From Shigella phage ESh27: a DNA stretch of 64,000 nt. A program made the position numbers and the translations under genes. The notes beneath the pieces were generated by a model. That model ran no database searches, was not told the origin of the DNA, and saw only the letters and a program-made list of their open reading frames with translations. Below, in pieces: positions 38,828 through 49,397 of this stretch (its first letter is position 1; the number at the start of each line of letters is the position of its first letter). The DNA lies in the sequence record ON528737; one strand, written 5' to 3'.

Positions 38828-39936
38828 TAGAAAGTCCCCGCATAAAGTGAAGAACGGTTTAATGTAATAATTTCTCGCATTGTTATCTCTAACGTAAATG
38901 TTGATGGTAAGTTAGGAGCAACAGCGAGACCATTAAATTGTCCATTTGGAGTTTTATCAAAACGTACGCTTTGAATTTGACATGGGCCAAATACATCAGT
39001 TAACCCGTCAAATTTAGACGTGTGTCCAAAGTTTTTAACCATCCAAATTGTAGGGTTGCTTACAACTAATACGTTTGTTAATGACGCAGTAATCTTTTCA
39101 AACAATGTCTTATTTTTTACAGCATCGTCTGGTGTCATAGGCTCAATAAACGTTGAACGGTACCATTCGTCTAAATAACTTTTAATCTCTTGGGCGTATT
39201 GTGATTTACCAGTCTCGCCATATGAGAAATAGTTAAAATATTGGTAAATGTTTATAATAGCCATAAGGTCTTCAGTTGAACGTGGAGTTAAATCCCATGT
39301 AAAGACTTTAGTACGGTTCTCAGCACCGCCGTACATACTACGAGAAGTCGTATAAATCTGTTCGTTATTATCAGCCATAAGCCCTTGAGTAATAGAATCT
39401 AATGCACCAAAGACTGCAGTAGAAGCAATGTTACTTAAAACACCTGTAGCAGTACCTCCACCTTTAGTAATAAGGCTATCACCGATATCATTAAAACGAT
39501 GCGAAGTTGTATCAACGTCAGATTTAGAACGCGGCAAAAGGATATTAGCAACAGGAGTTTTATTTATAGTAGATTTATTAGCTCCGGCAGGAAGCAATCC
39601 ATTTGAGAATTTAGTCACTGCATCTTTCACATTATCAGTTAAATCTGATATGATACCATTAGATGAAGTCCCGGCGTATGCCGGACGTAAATTCCTGAGG
39701 GATCCTGAATCGCGTGCAGACATATTGTACGCGGTAAATAATAATCCATTCTTATAAAGGTCTGTTACCTGGAAGTCTCCTGTGGAGTCATTTCCGGCTG
39801 CTCTTCCTGTAGGAAATTGAGCAACATAAGTTTTAGTAGTTGTTTCGGTTTTAGTGCTTTGCCCAGCACTTTCTGAGACTGGGATTGCTTTATTTAAATC
39901 CTTTGCATCTACTACTATTTCTTTTACACTAATCAT
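38827..39936 (-). CDS. 48: gp48 baseplate tail-tube cap
   Basis: 369 aa (T4 gp48 364 aa); synteny. Confidence 0.88.
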   Translation of the reverse strand: MISVKEIVVDAKDLNKAIPVSESAGQSTKTETTTKTYVAQFPTGRAAGNDSTGDFQVTDLYKNGLLFTAYNMSARDSGSLRNLRPAYAGTSSNGIISDLTDNVKDAVTKFSNGLLPAGANKSTINKTPVANILLPRSKSDVDTTSHRFNDIGDSLITKGGGTATGVLSNIASTAVFGALDSITQGLMADNNEQIYTTSRSMYGGAENRTKVFTWDLTPRSTEDLMAIINIYQYFNYFSYGETGKSQYAQEIKSYLDEWYRSTFIEPMTPDDAVKNKTLFEKITASLTNVLVVSNPTIWMVKNFGHTSKFDGLTDVFGPCQIQSVRFDKTPNGQFNGLAVAPNLPSTFTLEITMREIITLNRSSLYAGTF

Positions 39937-39944
39937 AATAATCC

Positions 39945-41717
39945 TTAATTAACACCGGTGGCATGGAAAATTCCAGGAGCCGTTGTACTTGTTACAGGGG
40001 TCATATTCTGGACTACGGTATTCTTTTTGACGACATTATTTGTGTTACTAATCGTCGCTACCGGTTGCTGTTGTTTAGATTCAGAAGCACGTCCTTTCTC
40101 TATTGACTGAACTTGTTTTGCTTCCGGAGATTTAGTTGAAGATTCAGGCTTAACTGTTGTCTGAGCTTTTTTGGCTTCAGCCATTTTATTATTTAGCTTT
40201 TCAAATCTAGCATCTAATTCCTTTTTAACGACAGGAGTTTTATTAAGTTCAGGGTCTTTAATAAGTTTACTTAAATCAGCATAAGACTTCTCAACGTTTT
40301 TAGCATTTTCCGGATTAGTCATATCGATTTTATCGATATAATCCTCAAATCTAACTAAGGCTGCCCGAGTTTCATTAGCTTTTATATATGCCTCTTTACG
40401 TTCCTCTTCAGGTAACTCTTTTAATTTTGCCGATTCCGCAGCACGCTCATCGCTTGTACTAAACTCTTCTTTATTGTCATTACCACGAACCCAGTTAGTA
40501 ACGAATGTTTTGCCGCGTTGTAACATATCAAGACCTTTAGAAACGGTTCCTAATTCCCCGTCGTCACGCTTCATTTGATATTTAGCGACTTTCTCTTGGT
40601 CTTCTTTCTTTAATTTGTTCCCAGTAGTTTCTTGGAATCCTTCTAAAGCACGTCCTTCTATTTCGTCCGCGGTATCACCAAAACCTATAGCACGCAATAT
40701 AGACGCGGAGAGTTTAGCCATTCCTAATTGAATTAGTTCACCTAAGTTCATTAATGCTGTTCCTACACCTTTGACAATAGCAACAGTTAAACCACCCCAG
40801 TCTCCAGCTTCCCACAATTGTTTTATCGAGTCAATAGAAGTGAATATATCGCTTAAGAATTTACCCCACTCTTTAGCTTCATCGGAGAATTTAGTAAAGT
40901 TTTCATCAAATAAATCCCAGGCAGAAGTGAACTTGTCTGTCCAATATTTGAAATGGACTATCAATAAATCAATACCGATAACAATACCGAGAATAAGTGC
41001 GGCCATTTTTGCTGCTTCAATAGCAGCCGTTATAGTGTATTTGAAAAGCATTCCGGCAATTCTGTCTGAAATTGATATTGATTTATTAAACCCGGTTTGA
41101 ACTGTTTTGGTGAGCATTGCAATTTTATCGCTCAATTTAAAGCTAATTCCGCCTTTAGAATCAGAAGTAGAATTAGCACTTTCTTGAACCGGGGCCGGGA
41201 AGAAATCTTCGTCTGGCTTATTATCAATCTTTTCAGGTGTAGGGAATGCTTTAAACAACTCATCAGAAGTTTCATTCTCAACCACTTTAACAGGTATTGC
41301 GTTCTCAATTACTTCAAGAGAGGTGCCTCCTGTATTTTGAATAGCGGTAGATGTTTGTAATTTTTGCTCTAATAATGTAGCTAATCGGTCTAACTTAGAG
41401 CTTATTGCACTAGAAACTTCGTTTATACTTTTAGTGACTTCAGTTTGTTTTTCAATAACTTCTGCGATAAGCTCTGTGCCTTCAGCAGTATTATCCGTCG
41501 AATTCTTTAAGTCTCCAATTGATTCAATAATTCCATTGCCTTTATCTTCTACACTTTGTGATGTGAGTTCAGACGCGGCTTGGACATCGTCTAGTTTTGA
41601 TGAAATGTTATTCAATGCTTCTAATGAATCGGTAGCTGCTGTTGCAGCTACTTTTTGTGGTTTATTATCGGCAATGACCTTATTTCTACGCATGGATTTC
41701 ATTTCTTCAGGTTTCAT
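39945..41717 (-). CDS. 29: gp29 baseplate hub / tail length tape-measure
   Basis: 590 aa (T4 gp29 590 aa); low-complexity coiled-coil N-terminal half; synteny. Confidence 0.88.
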   Translation of the reverse strand: MKPEEMKSMRRNKVIADNKPQKVAATAATDSLEALNNISSKLDDVQAASELTSQSVEDKGNGIIESIGDLKNSTDNTAEGTELIAEVIEKQTEVTKSINEVSSAISSKLDRLATLLEQKLQTSTAIQNTGGTSLEVIENAIPVKVVENETSDELFKAFPTPEKIDNKPDEDFFPAPVQESANSTSDSKGGISFKLSDKIAMLTKTVQTGFNKSISISDRIAGMLFKYTITAAIEAAKMAALILGIVIGIDLLIVHFKYWTDKFTSAWDLFDENFTKFSDEAKEWGKFLSDIFTSIDSIKQLWEAGDWGGLTVAIVKGVGTALMNLGELIQLGMAKLSASILRAIGFGDTADEIEGRALEGFQETTGNKLKKEDQEKVAKYQMKRDDGELGTVSKGLDMLQRGKTFVTNWVRGNDNKEEFSTSDERAAESAKLKELPEEERKEAYIKANETRAALVRFEDYIDKIDMTNPENAKNVEKSYADLSKLIKDPELNKTPVVKKELDARFEKLNNKMAEAKKAQTTVKPESSTKSPEAKQVQSIEKGRASESKQQQPVATISNTNNVVKKNTVVQNMTPVTSTTAPGIFHATGVN

Positions 41718-42247
41718 TCAAGCAATCCAATAATTTCTGCTATACCCTTAATAGGTCCATTAGGACCTGGAATAGCAATGGTTGTCGAAAGGTCTTCTGC
41801 CCATTTGATTACAAAAGCAGGCATCTCAAGGAAAGAAATTTCTTTCTCTTCGTCATTAACTTTTATTAAGCAACTTGATAACATTTCACTGATTGTAGCG
41901 AATTGTTCAAATTTGCCTGGAGGTCTAAAATAAAAAGTATTGCCTTGGAATTGGAATTCTGTTCGTTGGCATACATAGACGTCATCTAGTTTATAAGTGA
42001 ATCCGTCTTTTTCAACTTCAGACTTAAGTTTGTTATTAAATTCCAATATGTGTAGACATGCAAAATCAAAATCTGCGGGACTCATATTTTTACAAATAGA
42101 ATCAGCTAAGATTTTCATGTTTTCATCAGGGCCTTTAACGTCCTTTAAAAGATTATAATGTTTGAGCCCTAATTTAGGAATCATTACCTTTTTATTAGAC
42201 TGTGGTAGAATTATTTTCTTTAGAGGTAGAATCAGATTTAAGTTCAT
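41714..42247 (-). CDS. 28: gp28 baseplate hub distal subunit
   Basis: 177 aa (T4 gp28 177 aa); synteny. Confidence 0.8.
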   Translation of the reverse strand: MNLNLILPLKKIILPQSNKKVMIPKLGLKHYNLLKDVKGPDENMKILADSICKNMSPADFDFACLHILEFNNKLKSEVEKDGFTYKLDDVYVCQRTEFQFQGNTFYFRPPGKFEQFATISEMLSSCLIKVNDEEKEISFLEMPAFVIKWAEDLSTTIAIPGPNGPIKGIAEIIGLLE

Positions 42248-43367
42248 TTTTAACCTTAACTGGGTTAACAGGTTCTAACACCATTGAGTTGGTAAACATG
42301 TATAGATGAGTTTGTGAGTTGTTATTTGATAACTCATGAATAACTTCATCTACGTAAAATTCGGATTTGAATTGGTTCTTTTGGTCAACAAATATAATTT
42401 TAGTAGCAGGCGTTATGTTAAAATTACCTGTAGTAGTGCATTTAGCATATCCGTCATATTGAGCCATTGTCTGAAGACGACTTGCTTCTTCAAATCCATT
42501 ACGATAGGTCATTTCGGAATATCCGCCGGATCTTGACACAAGAATAGCATTATCACCATCACCTGTAACAATAACCGGAATAGATGTATCTAAAAATGAA
42601 TGGGCGAATATCGTGGCGTTTTTAATAGGGTCTCTTGTAAATTGGTTGGCTTTAGTCATCCAGGTAAAATCCCATACTAATGGATACTCAAGCTCTTGAA
42701 TATACTGACCTACAGTATTTGGCTCACCTACAATCATCTTAATGCCTTCCTGGCCAATAAGAGTATCGTAGTCAATCATGTTTACGCCTAAAATATCTTG
42801 CCATACGAATACGAACTTATCACTCGCTGTAGCAAGTCCTAATTCTCTGACATATGCCAAATAATCATCAAATGTGCTTGTCCAAGGAATATCAGGAACA
42901 TAAGCATTAATAGTGTTTATTGGCGGAGTAATTAACGTACGGTCTTTGTATATGACACCTAACATTTCACGTATAGATTCTCCTGCGTCCGGGAAGAATG
43001 GACGCCCAAATTTAAGGTTCTCTATAGAATGTATTGTTCCAAGCTCAATTGCAATAATATTGTCACCTTTTGAGTCCACAGACACAGAATAATGTCTACA
43101 TCCGTAAATTCGAGTTCTAACTTGAAGAGGTGTGTTTGAATTTGAAACAGAGATTTGAACTATCTGTCTACCATCCATTTTAGTGTGGATGTTTTTAGTG
43201 TCATAAAATTGAAGAATCCCTTCATTTCTTCCATATAGTGAATCTCGCATGGTTAAAGTTGTTATTGTTGCTGCGAGTTCAACATATCTATTTTCTTGCC
43301 AAGCCGAATAATCTTGGTATAATTTAACGCTTAAGTTAGGATATCCTGGACGTTGGAATACTGTCAT
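42195..43367 (-). CDS. 27: gp27 baseplate hub subunit
   Basis: 390 aa (T4 gp27 391 aa); synteny. Confidence 0.88.
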   Translation of the reverse strand: MTVFQRPGYPNLSVKLYQDYSAWQENRYVELAATITTLTMRDSLYGRNEGILQFYDTKNIHTKMDGRQIVQISVSNSNTPLQVRTRIYGCRHYSVSVDSKGDNIIAIELGTIHSIENLKFGRPFFPDAGESIREMLGVIYKDRTLITPPINTINAYVPDIPWTSTFDDYLAYVRELGLATASDKFVFVWQDILGVNMIDYDTLIGQEGIKMIVGEPNTVGQYIQELEYPLVWDFTWMTKANQFTRDPIKNATIFAHSFLDTSIPVIVTGDGDNAILVSRSGGYSEMTYRNGFEEASRLQTMAQYDGYAKCTTTGNFNITPATKIIFVDQKNQFKSEFYVDEVIHELSNNNSQTHLYMFTNSMVLEPVNPVKVKNELKSDSTSKENNSTTV

Positions 43368-44116
43368 TTTTTATGGTCCTTTTCTACTAATGTTAAAGCA
43401 ATACCACGTTCAACAGGAATCATTTGCATAATAGAATCCAATGTGTATTGACTCTTTACTAGTGAATGGTTTATCTGATAGAATGTAAAAATCTCATCAG
43501 GGTTAACTAACAATTTAAAAACCTCTAAGATATCAGTATATGTTTTAACATGACGTTCACAACAACCTAATCTAAGGGTCAAATTAATAGGATTCATAGA
43601 AGCAATAACCTTCTCGAGAGAGTCAATGTCTATTGCTTCTATTACTTGGATTTGGTTCTCTTCAGTCAAATCATTCCATGGGTACCATTCATCGTTATAA
43701 TATATTTCTTTTATGTTTTCACTTATCATTAATGCTTTGTTGTCATAAAACTTTTCAGGGAAAGAAAAACGTATTTTTATACCAGCAACATCAAGTTCAG
43801 GTTCGACTAGTTCTTTTTGATATATCTCAAATGGTGCAGTTTTTTCTTTAGAGCATTTAGGACAAGTGAAAATAACGGGAACTTTTGTTTTGCCTATAGA
43901 GCCTGCAAAAACTTGCAGGAATATAAATGGTTGCCATGTTTTAGGGTACTCGCCAAAATAATCATCAATCAGATCAGCAATTATTTCTTTTTGTTCTTGC
44001 GGCGAACGATGTTCGATATCATTTCTAACTAGTAAAAAGTCTCTATAATCCGCCACAGTGAACGGCTTAAAACGATGAACACCATCCGGTAATTTACAAC
44101 GAATTATATTAGCCAT
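43364..44116 (-). CDS. 51: gp51 baseplate hub assembly catalyst
   Basis: 250 aa (T4 gp51 249 aa); divergent from gene 26 with shared late-promoter palindrome. Confidence 0.8.
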   Translation of the reverse strand: MANIIRCKLPDGVHRFKPFTVADYRDFLLVRNDIEHRSPQEQKEIIADLIDDYFGEYPKTWQPFIFLQVFAGSIGKTKVPVIFTCPKCSKEKTAPFEIYQKELVEPELDVAGIKIRFSFPEKFYDNKALMISENIKEIYYNDEWYPWNDLTEENQIQVIEAIDIDSLEKVIASMNPINLTLRLGCCERHVKTYTDILEVFKLLVNPDEIFTFYQINHSLVKSQYTLDSIMQMIPVERGIALTLVEKDHKK

Positions 44117-44133
44117 AATTACTCCTTTTCTAT

Positions 44134-44141
44134 TATTTATA
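44134..44141 (-). promoter_or_regulatory. late promoter TATAAATA (gene 51)
   Basis: Reverse-strand TATAAATA overlapping the gene 26 promoter; AAAAGGAG SD before gene 51 ATG. Confidence 0.55.
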
Positions 44142-44145
44142 AATA
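44138..44145 (+). promoter_or_regulatory. late promoter TATAAATA (gene 26)
   Basis: TATAAATA 18 nt before AAAGGAG SD and ATG 44164; part of palindrome TATTTATAAATA. Confidence 0.55.
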
Positions 44146-44163
44146 CACAATAAAGGAGTTAAC

Positions 44164-44790
44164 ATGTACAAATATACGTTTACCGTACGTTTAGGCGATA
44201 AAGAAGTGAATTGTAGAGCCTTTACTTTAAAAGAATATTTAGGGCTCATAGGTGCTCGTGCTACTGGTACTATTGAATCAGCAGTGAACAATATTATCAC
44301 TAATTGCTCTAATGCTAAAAACTTGTCTAAACAAGAAGCCGAGTTATTGTTGGTAAATCTGTGGGCACATTCATTAGGTGAAGTGAATCAAGAACACACC
44401 TGGAATTGTTCCTGTGGGCATTCATTTCAAGTCTATATGAATTTATTGCACACTCAATTAGATGAACAGGCCGATCCCTGGTATTCGTTCAGTGGTATTA
44501 AAATTAAGTTCCGTCAACCTAAATTATTTGACGATAAAAATATCGCATTAATGATTGCTTCATGTATTGAGACTGTTTTTGTCAATGGAGAGTCCATCCC
44601 TGTTGAAGATTTAACTGAAGCAGAAATAAACGACCTTTACGGCCTTATAACAGAAGATGACATGATCAATATTAAAAATCTTTTGGTATCGCCATCAATT
44701 TATCTGGCAACCCCTATTAAATGTCCCAAATGTGGGGCGTCACATGTTCACACAATACGAGGCCTCAAAGAATTCTTTGAGTTATTATAA
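44164..44790 (+). CDS. 26: gp26 baseplate hub subunit
   Basis: 208 aa (T4 gp26 208 aa); synteny. Confidence 0.85.
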   Translation: MYKYTFTVRLGDKEVNCRAFTLKEYLGLIGARATGTIESAVNNIITNCSNAKNLSKQEAELLLVNLWAHSLGEVNQEHTWNCSCGHSFQVYMNLLHTQLDEQADPWYSFSGIKIKFRQPKLFDDKNIALMIASCIETVFVNGESIPVEDLTEAEINDLYGLITEDDMINIKNLLVSPSIYLATPIKCPKCGASHVHTIRGLKEFFELL

Positions 44791-45188
44791 TGTCTAATAT
44801 CAATAAACTTTATTCAGATATCGACCCAGAAATGCGTATGGATTGGAATAAGGACGTTGCTCGTTCTGTAGGACTTCGTTCTATTAAAAATAGTCTTCTT
44901 GGCATAGTGACAACCAGAAAAGGCTCACGCCCATTCGACCCTGAATTTGGATGCGATTTGGTTGATGAACTTTTCGAGAACATGACACCACTTACAGCCG
45001 ATACTATTGAGCGTAATATCCAGGCAGCTGTCCGTAACTATGAGCCTCGCATCGACAAACTTTCTGTAAGTGTAACGCCAGTATATGATGACTATACGGT
45101 TATAGTAGAGATTAGATTTTCGGTCGTAGACAACCCTGACGATATTGAACAAATTAAACTTCAGTTAGCGTCAAGCAATAGAGTGTAA
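44790..45188 (+). CDS. 25: gp25 baseplate wedge subunit (lysozyme-like fold)
   Basis: 132 aa; M.NINKLYSDIDPEM.MDWNKDV...IEQIKLQLASSNRV nearly identical to recalled T4 gp25. Confidence 0.92.
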   Translation: MSNINKLYSDIDPEMRMDWNKDVARSVGLRSIKNSLLGIVTTRKGSRPFDPEFGCDLVDELFENMTPLTADTIERNIQAAVRNYEPRIDKLSVSVTPVYDDYTVIVEIRFSVVDNPDDIEQIKLQLASSNRV

Positions 45189-45213
45189 TGCTTCAAGGCA
45201 ACCTATGTATAAT
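45186..45213 (+). promoter_or_regulatory. MotA-dependent middle promoter (uvsY)
   Basis: MotA box TAATGCTTCA (45186-45195), 12-nt spacer, -10 TATAAT (45208-45213). Confidence 0.6.
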
Positions 45214-45268
45214 GGTTTTAGGTCCTTCCGATACAGCCGGGAGATTATTAGTTAAAAGAGAGAACATT

Positions 45269-45682
45269 ATGAAGCTGGAAGATTTACAGGAAGAGTTAGA
45301 CGCAGACTTAGCTATTGATACGACAAAGTTGCAATATGAGACGGCGAATAATGTTAAGTTATACAGCAAATGGCTGCGTAAACACTCATTTATTCGTAAA
45401 GAAATGTTGCGTATAGAGACTCAGAAGAAAACTGCTCTAAAAGCAAGATTAGACTACTACTCGGGACGAGGTGATGGTGATGAATTCAGTATGGACCGAT
45501 ACGAGAAATCTGAAATGAAAACTGTCCTGGCCGCAGATAAAGATGTGCTTAAAATAGAGACTACTTTACAATACTGGGGGATTTTACTTGAGTTCTGTAG
45601 TGGTGCACTTGATGCAGTTAAGTCTCGTAGTTTTGCACTTAAACATATTCAAGATATGCGAGAATTTGAAGCGGGGCAATAA
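45269..45682 (+). CDS. uvsY: UvsY recombination mediator
   Basis: 137 aa from ATG 45269 (M.LEDLQEEL...YYSGRGDGDEFSMDRYEKSEMKTVL...); MotA-type promoter upstream; track's 164-aa start is upstream of promoter. Confidence 0.9.
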   Translation: MKLEDLQEELDADLAIDTTKLQYETANNVKLYSKWLRKHSFIRKEMLRIETQKKTALKARLDYYSGRGDGDEFSMDRYEKSEMKTVLAADKDVLKIETTLQYWGILLEFCSGALDAVKSRSFALKHIQDMREFEAGQ

Positions 45683-45906
45683 TGCGTTATTCAATTGAAG
45701 ATGCATTTAATAATGATGAAGAATTTGAAACTGAAATTAAATTCTTAATGGAAAAGTATCGTCTACGACGTCAGGATATTCGTATTCTGGCCGACCACCC
45801 TTGTGGTGAAGACGTCCTTTATATTAAAGGGAAGTTTGCCGGGTACATCGACGAGTATTTTTATACAAAAGATATGGGTATCGATATGTGCATGCGAGTG
45901 GTATAA
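45682..45906 (+). CDS. hypothetical protein (74 aa), uvsY.-1 slot
   Basis: ORF track; ATGA overlap with uvsY stop. Confidence 0.5.
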   Translation: MRYSIEDAFNNDEEFETEIKFLMEKYRLRRQDIRILADHPCGEDVLYIKGKFAGYIDEYFYTKDMGIDMCMRVV

Positions 45907-45938
45907 ATAGATATGTAATTTCAACTTAGGAGGCAATC

Positions 45939-46106
45939 ATGTCAGATAAGATTTGTGTTGTCTGTAAAACTCCAATCGATTCTGCATTGGTTGTTGAAAC
46001 AGACAAAGGTCCAGCACATCCTGGTCCTTGTTATAATTATGTACAACAATTGCCGGTTTCAGAAAGTTCAGAAGAGCAATTGAACGAAACCCAACTTTTA
46101 CTATAG
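45939..46106 (+). CDS. hypothetical small Cys-rich protein (55 aa), uvsY.-2 slot
   Basis: ATG 45939 with AGGAGG SD; CVVCK..and PCYNY Cys pairs suggest a small zinc-binding fold; below track cut-off. Confidence 0.5.
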   Translation: MSDKICVVCKTPIDSALVVETDKGPAHPGPCYNYVQQLPVSESSEEQLNETQLLL

Positions 46107-46110
46107 TGTT

Positions 46111-46160
46111 ACCTTTTTTGCCTATGGTTTTGGCCCTTCCAAAAAGGTCGGGCCTTTTTT
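46111..46160. terminator. bidirectional terminator between uvsY-side operon and uvsW.1
   Basis: GGCCC..GGGCC and AAAAAGG/CCTTTTT stems flanked by T-runs on both strands. Confidence 0.5.
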
Positions 46161-46162
46161 AA

Positions 46163-46393
46163 TTAGAAATCTTCTTCCGCATCCTCATCGTCGCCTTCAA
46201 GTTCGGCACGCTTACCTGCTAAGGCATCCCTGACAGAAATATCATCTGTATCTTTTAATTCCGTTTCTTTTATACGTTTCTTATAATAAGCTTCCAATTC
46301 TTCAAGCCCTTCTAGTGTATGACAACTAGCAATTTTACCCATGAATTCGTCAATAGATGCTTCGTATAAAAATTGTTTAAATTCAAGTACCAT
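46163..46393 (-). CDS. uvsW.1: UvsW.1 (UvsW-associated small protein)
   Basis: 76 aa, directly downstream of uvsW on the same strand as in T4. Confidence 0.6.
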   Translation of the reverse strand: MVLEFKQFLYEASIDEFMGKIASCHTLEGLEELEAYYKKRIKETELKDTDDISVRDALAGKRAELEGDDEDAEEDF

Positions 46394-46418
46394 TTTTATC
46401 TCCTAAGGGCCGAAGCCC

Positions 46419-47933
46419 TTATAAATTAATTGTTTTCATTACATAGTTAAATTTCTCATCAGCGTAACGTTGGATACGATCAATACCGTGTTTTAACAAG
46501 TAATTAAGATGAGTATACTTCTTTTTAGTATTTAATGATTTAGGTTTTACACCTGCGTCATCGATGAGATCCCAAACTGTAGCAACAGCTTTAGAACCAT
46601 GCTTACGAAGCACGCGACCTACGGTTTGAAGTACGATAATTTTTGATTTAACACCATGGGCAAAAATAACATGATGAAGATTCTTGACTGAAATACCGGT
46701 AGAGAATACTCCATATGATGCGACAATAATAATGCCTTTACCATTTTCTGCCATGACTTTAAGCGCGTTACGTGTTTCAGTATCAACTTCACCTGATACG
46801 TAATAAACTTTTTCGTATCCAAGCTCTTTAATAGCTTCAAATATTTCTTTACCGTGTGTAACGTGTTTAAACATTACAAAGGCGTTCTCGTCTTTCTTAG
46901 CCAATTTGACTGAAAGTTGAGCAATCCACTTTGTGCGTCGTTTTAGTCCGGTAATAATTTTAACTTCTTCTTGGTATGTTTTACCTTTTAATTTGGTGGC
47001 GAATTCGTCCGGATAACGAAGGAAAATACTATTAATCTTAAGCTCAGTTACCTGTCCGTCTTCCATTAATTTAGACGTGCTAACAGGACGGAAGATTTCG
47101 CCGAACATACCTACGTACTGCATTACATTGGCTTTTCCGTCTCTTAATGAGCCGGATAAACCGAATTTAAACATGCAATTATTTAATCCTGAGATGATTG
47201 AAGAAATACTTTTGCCTGTTGCTAAGTGGCATTCATCGTTCATCATCATACCGAACTGAGAGAACCATTCTTTAGGCTGCTTAACTACCGTTTGCCATGT
47301 GCCAACAATAATTGGAGCGTCGTTTTTAGATTTGTCCGCTTTATCAGCACCACCGCCAATTTTCTTAATCATCGAATGACTAAACAAGCGATAATCAACA
47401 AAATCATTAGCCATCTGGGTTGTCAATGCTGTTGTAGGGACGATAATGAGAATTTTACCTTCATAGTTCTCTAGATAATATCGAGCTAAAAGTGCTTGGA
47501 TTAGTGATTTACCTGCTGATGTCGGAAGGTTTAAAATTCGACGACGATTAACTAGTCCTTCATATACTGCATCTTTTTGATACCAATGTGGTTCGATTTT
47601 GGCATTGCCTGAATAAATTTCTTGTTTAGAAAGCCATGCGTCAAAATCTTCCCTGGTAAGGTCTTCGGTCTCAAAGATTTTAGGGTCAATCCATACAGAA
47701 TAACTCATATTGTTACAGAACTTTTTTATTTGTCCTACAAGTCCATATGGTAACAAACGATTGTAATCTAAAAGTCGAATTCTACCATCCCAGTTCCCAT
47801 ATTTGTAACGCGGGTTGAATTTGTACCCATCGGCTTCAAAGCTAAAAAAGTCGCGTAATTCATAGAACACGCTTTCGTCGCATTCAATTCTTACATGGCT
47901 AAAATCATAAAAATGTACTTTAATATCTGTCAT
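46419..47933 (-). CDS. uvsW: UvsW DNA/RNA helicase (SF2)
   Basis: 504 aa; Walker A PTSAGKS, DEAH-like NDECH, helicase C-terminal motifs; synteny. Confidence 0.92.
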   Translation of the reverse strand: MTDIKVHFYDFSHVRIECDESVFYELRDFFSFEADGYKFNPRYKYGNWDGRIRLLDYNRLLPYGLVGQIKKFCNNMSYSVWIDPKIFETEDLTREDFDAWLSKQEIYSGNAKIEPHWYQKDAVYEGLVNRRRILNLPTSAGKSLIQALLARYYLENYEGKILIIVPTTALTTQMANDFVDYRLFSHSMIKKIGGGADKADKSKNDAPIIVGTWQTVVKQPKEWFSQFGMMMNDECHLATGKSISSIISGLNNCMFKFGLSGSLRDGKANVMQYVGMFGEIFRPVSTSKLMEDGQVTELKINSIFLRYPDEFATKLKGKTYQEEVKIITGLKRRTKWIAQLSVKLAKKDENAFVMFKHVTHGKEIFEAIKELGYEKVYYVSGEVDTETRNALKVMAENGKGIIIVASYGVFSTGISVKNLHHVIFAHGVKSKIIVLQTVGRVLRKHGSKAVATVWDLIDDAGVKPKSLNTKKKYTHLNYLLKHGIDRIQRYADEKFNYVMKTINL

Positions 47934-47938
47934 AATAA

Positions 47939-48682
47939 TTACCTTAAACGGCCTTTAACATATCCATCTGGGATGGATAACGGATTTACTAATTTATTTA
48001 TAGCCCCGTTATTTACCCATATTCTGCCGGTGGTCGTAGGTTTTACTTCACAACCCTTTCTAGATTTTCTATTAAGTTGGACCATTCCTTTTACAAATCC
48101 TTCAGGCATCGGGTCCTCGGCTGATATAAATCTGTTTTCTTTACCGTTGTTAACACAAATTTTATTTAGAGTTGTAGGATTTTTAGGACCTTTAATTTTA
48201 TCAATCTTTGGCTTTCCTGTACCATACCGCCCGTGGCATGTTGGGTCTTCAGAGTATCGACGTTTATTTGTTTCAGATAGTTTTCTTTTTGTTTCTTCCG
48301 ATCTGTGTTTTCCTAAAAGATTATGACCAAGCCTCTTTATTCGTTCTTTAGCACTATTAGACATTTTAGTCTTATCAGCTTCGGTGTACTTATACCTTCC
48401 ACCTTCACCGCCTTGGCGCATATTATAATACTCGTTAGATTTGACCAAATCCTCTGTTACTAACTGAGCTTCGTATTCTAAAGCTTCAGCGGAAGTTTCA
48501 AATTGTTTAATTATTGAACGTTTAAATGATTCTTCTCCGTATTTTTTGATAGCGCGATTTAAGGCAACACCTGACCCTAGATACGAATCATTTAAATTTT
48601 CTGTAGAATGTTTGCCAATGTACTTTTTACCATTGATTAAATTTACGGTCTCATAAACAAAGTGATACATACTCTTTTCCAT
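47939..48682 (-). CDS. GIY-YIG homing endonuclease (Seg-like, SegE-position)
   Basis: N-terminal YHFVYETVNLINGKKYIGK (GIY-YIG variant), NUMOD-like HSEETKRKLSE repeats, C-terminal RIWVNNG; alternative start at 48670. Confidence 0.75.
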   Translation of the reverse strand: MEKSMYHFVYETVNLINGKKYIGKHSTENLNDSYLGSGVALNRAIKKYGEESFKRSIIKQFETSAEALEYEAQLVTEDLVKSNEYYNMRQGGEGGRYKYTEADKTKMSNSAKERIKRLGHNLLGKHRSEETKRKLSETNKRRYSEDPTCHGRYGTGKPKIDKIKGPKNPTTLNKICVNNGKENRFISAEDPMPEGFVKGMVQLNRKSRKGCEVKPTTTGRIWVNNGAINKLVNPLSIPDGYVKGRLR

Positions 48683-48698
48683 GTAATAAATATAGTTA

Positions 48699-48706
48699 TA
48701 TTTATA
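48699..48706 (-). promoter_or_regulatory. late promoter TATAAATA (Seg-like endonuclease)
   Basis: Reverse-strand TATAAATA 17-29 nt upstream of the candidate start codons. Confidence 0.45.
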
Positions 48707-48719
48707 ATGAGGAAATATC

Positions 48720-49388
48720 ATGATCGATAAAGACTATATTGAAGAGTTACGTGCTCTTTCTGATAAAAAGGAAGCCAAAGCTAAACTGTTCGAATATGCG
48801 AAACAATTTGGCATTAGTGTTAAGAAAACAAAATCATTCGATAATATTGTTATTGATATCGAAGAAGCTCTTAACGCACTGGCTGATGAACCGTTACCTG
48901 AAACTGATGGATTATCTATTACTGATTTAATTACTGCCGCAGATGATGTGGACGGTGTTAATTTCACCAACGAAGAAGTTAAAGAAGAAGCTATTCTGTT
49001 GTTTGATTCTCCAACAGAACAAGTTGAAGTATTAGAAGTTGTCGAACAAGAAAAAGAATTCGACCATGATAAATTTGAAGAAGCAATTACTCAGGTTGTT
49101 GAATCTGAAAAGGAGCCTGAGACAGAGGTAAATAAAGAAGTAAAATTTGTTCTGCCTGAAAATTTTAGTCCTACACTCATTAAATTAGGCAAAGGCCTAG
49201 GATATGTTACTGTTCCTTGGTGGATTTATCAATGGATAGCCGAAACACCTGATTGGAAATCTCGCCCAACCAGTTTTGTGCACGCTTCTGCTCACCAAAC
49301 ATTATTTAGCTTAATTTATTATATTAATCGCGATGGATCAGTTCTAATTCGTGAAACTCGTAATTCTTCTTTCATAACATTAAAATAA
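48720..49388 (+). CDS. inh: putative Inh (inhibitor of prohead protease), by synteny
   Basis: 222 aa, acidic; immediately upstream of hoc as in T4. Confidence 0.5.
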   Translation: MIDKDYIEELRALSDKKEAKAKLFEYAKQFGISVKKTKSFDNIVIDIEEALNALADEPLPETDGLSITDLITAADDVDGVNFTNEEVKEEAILLFDSPTEQVEVLEVVEQEKEFDHDKFEEAITQVVESEKEPETEVNKEVKFVLPENFSPTLIKLGKGLGYVTVPWWIYQWIAETPDWKSRPTSFVHASAHQTLFSLIYYINRDGSVLIRETRNSSFITLK

Positions 49389-49397
49389 GGATAACTT

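Noticed and set aside
45188-45268. N-terminal extension of uvsY (164-aa version in the ORF track)
   Set aside because: The extension would begin upstream of the MotA-type promoter; the 137-aa form from ATG 45269 matches T4 UvsY length and N-terminus.
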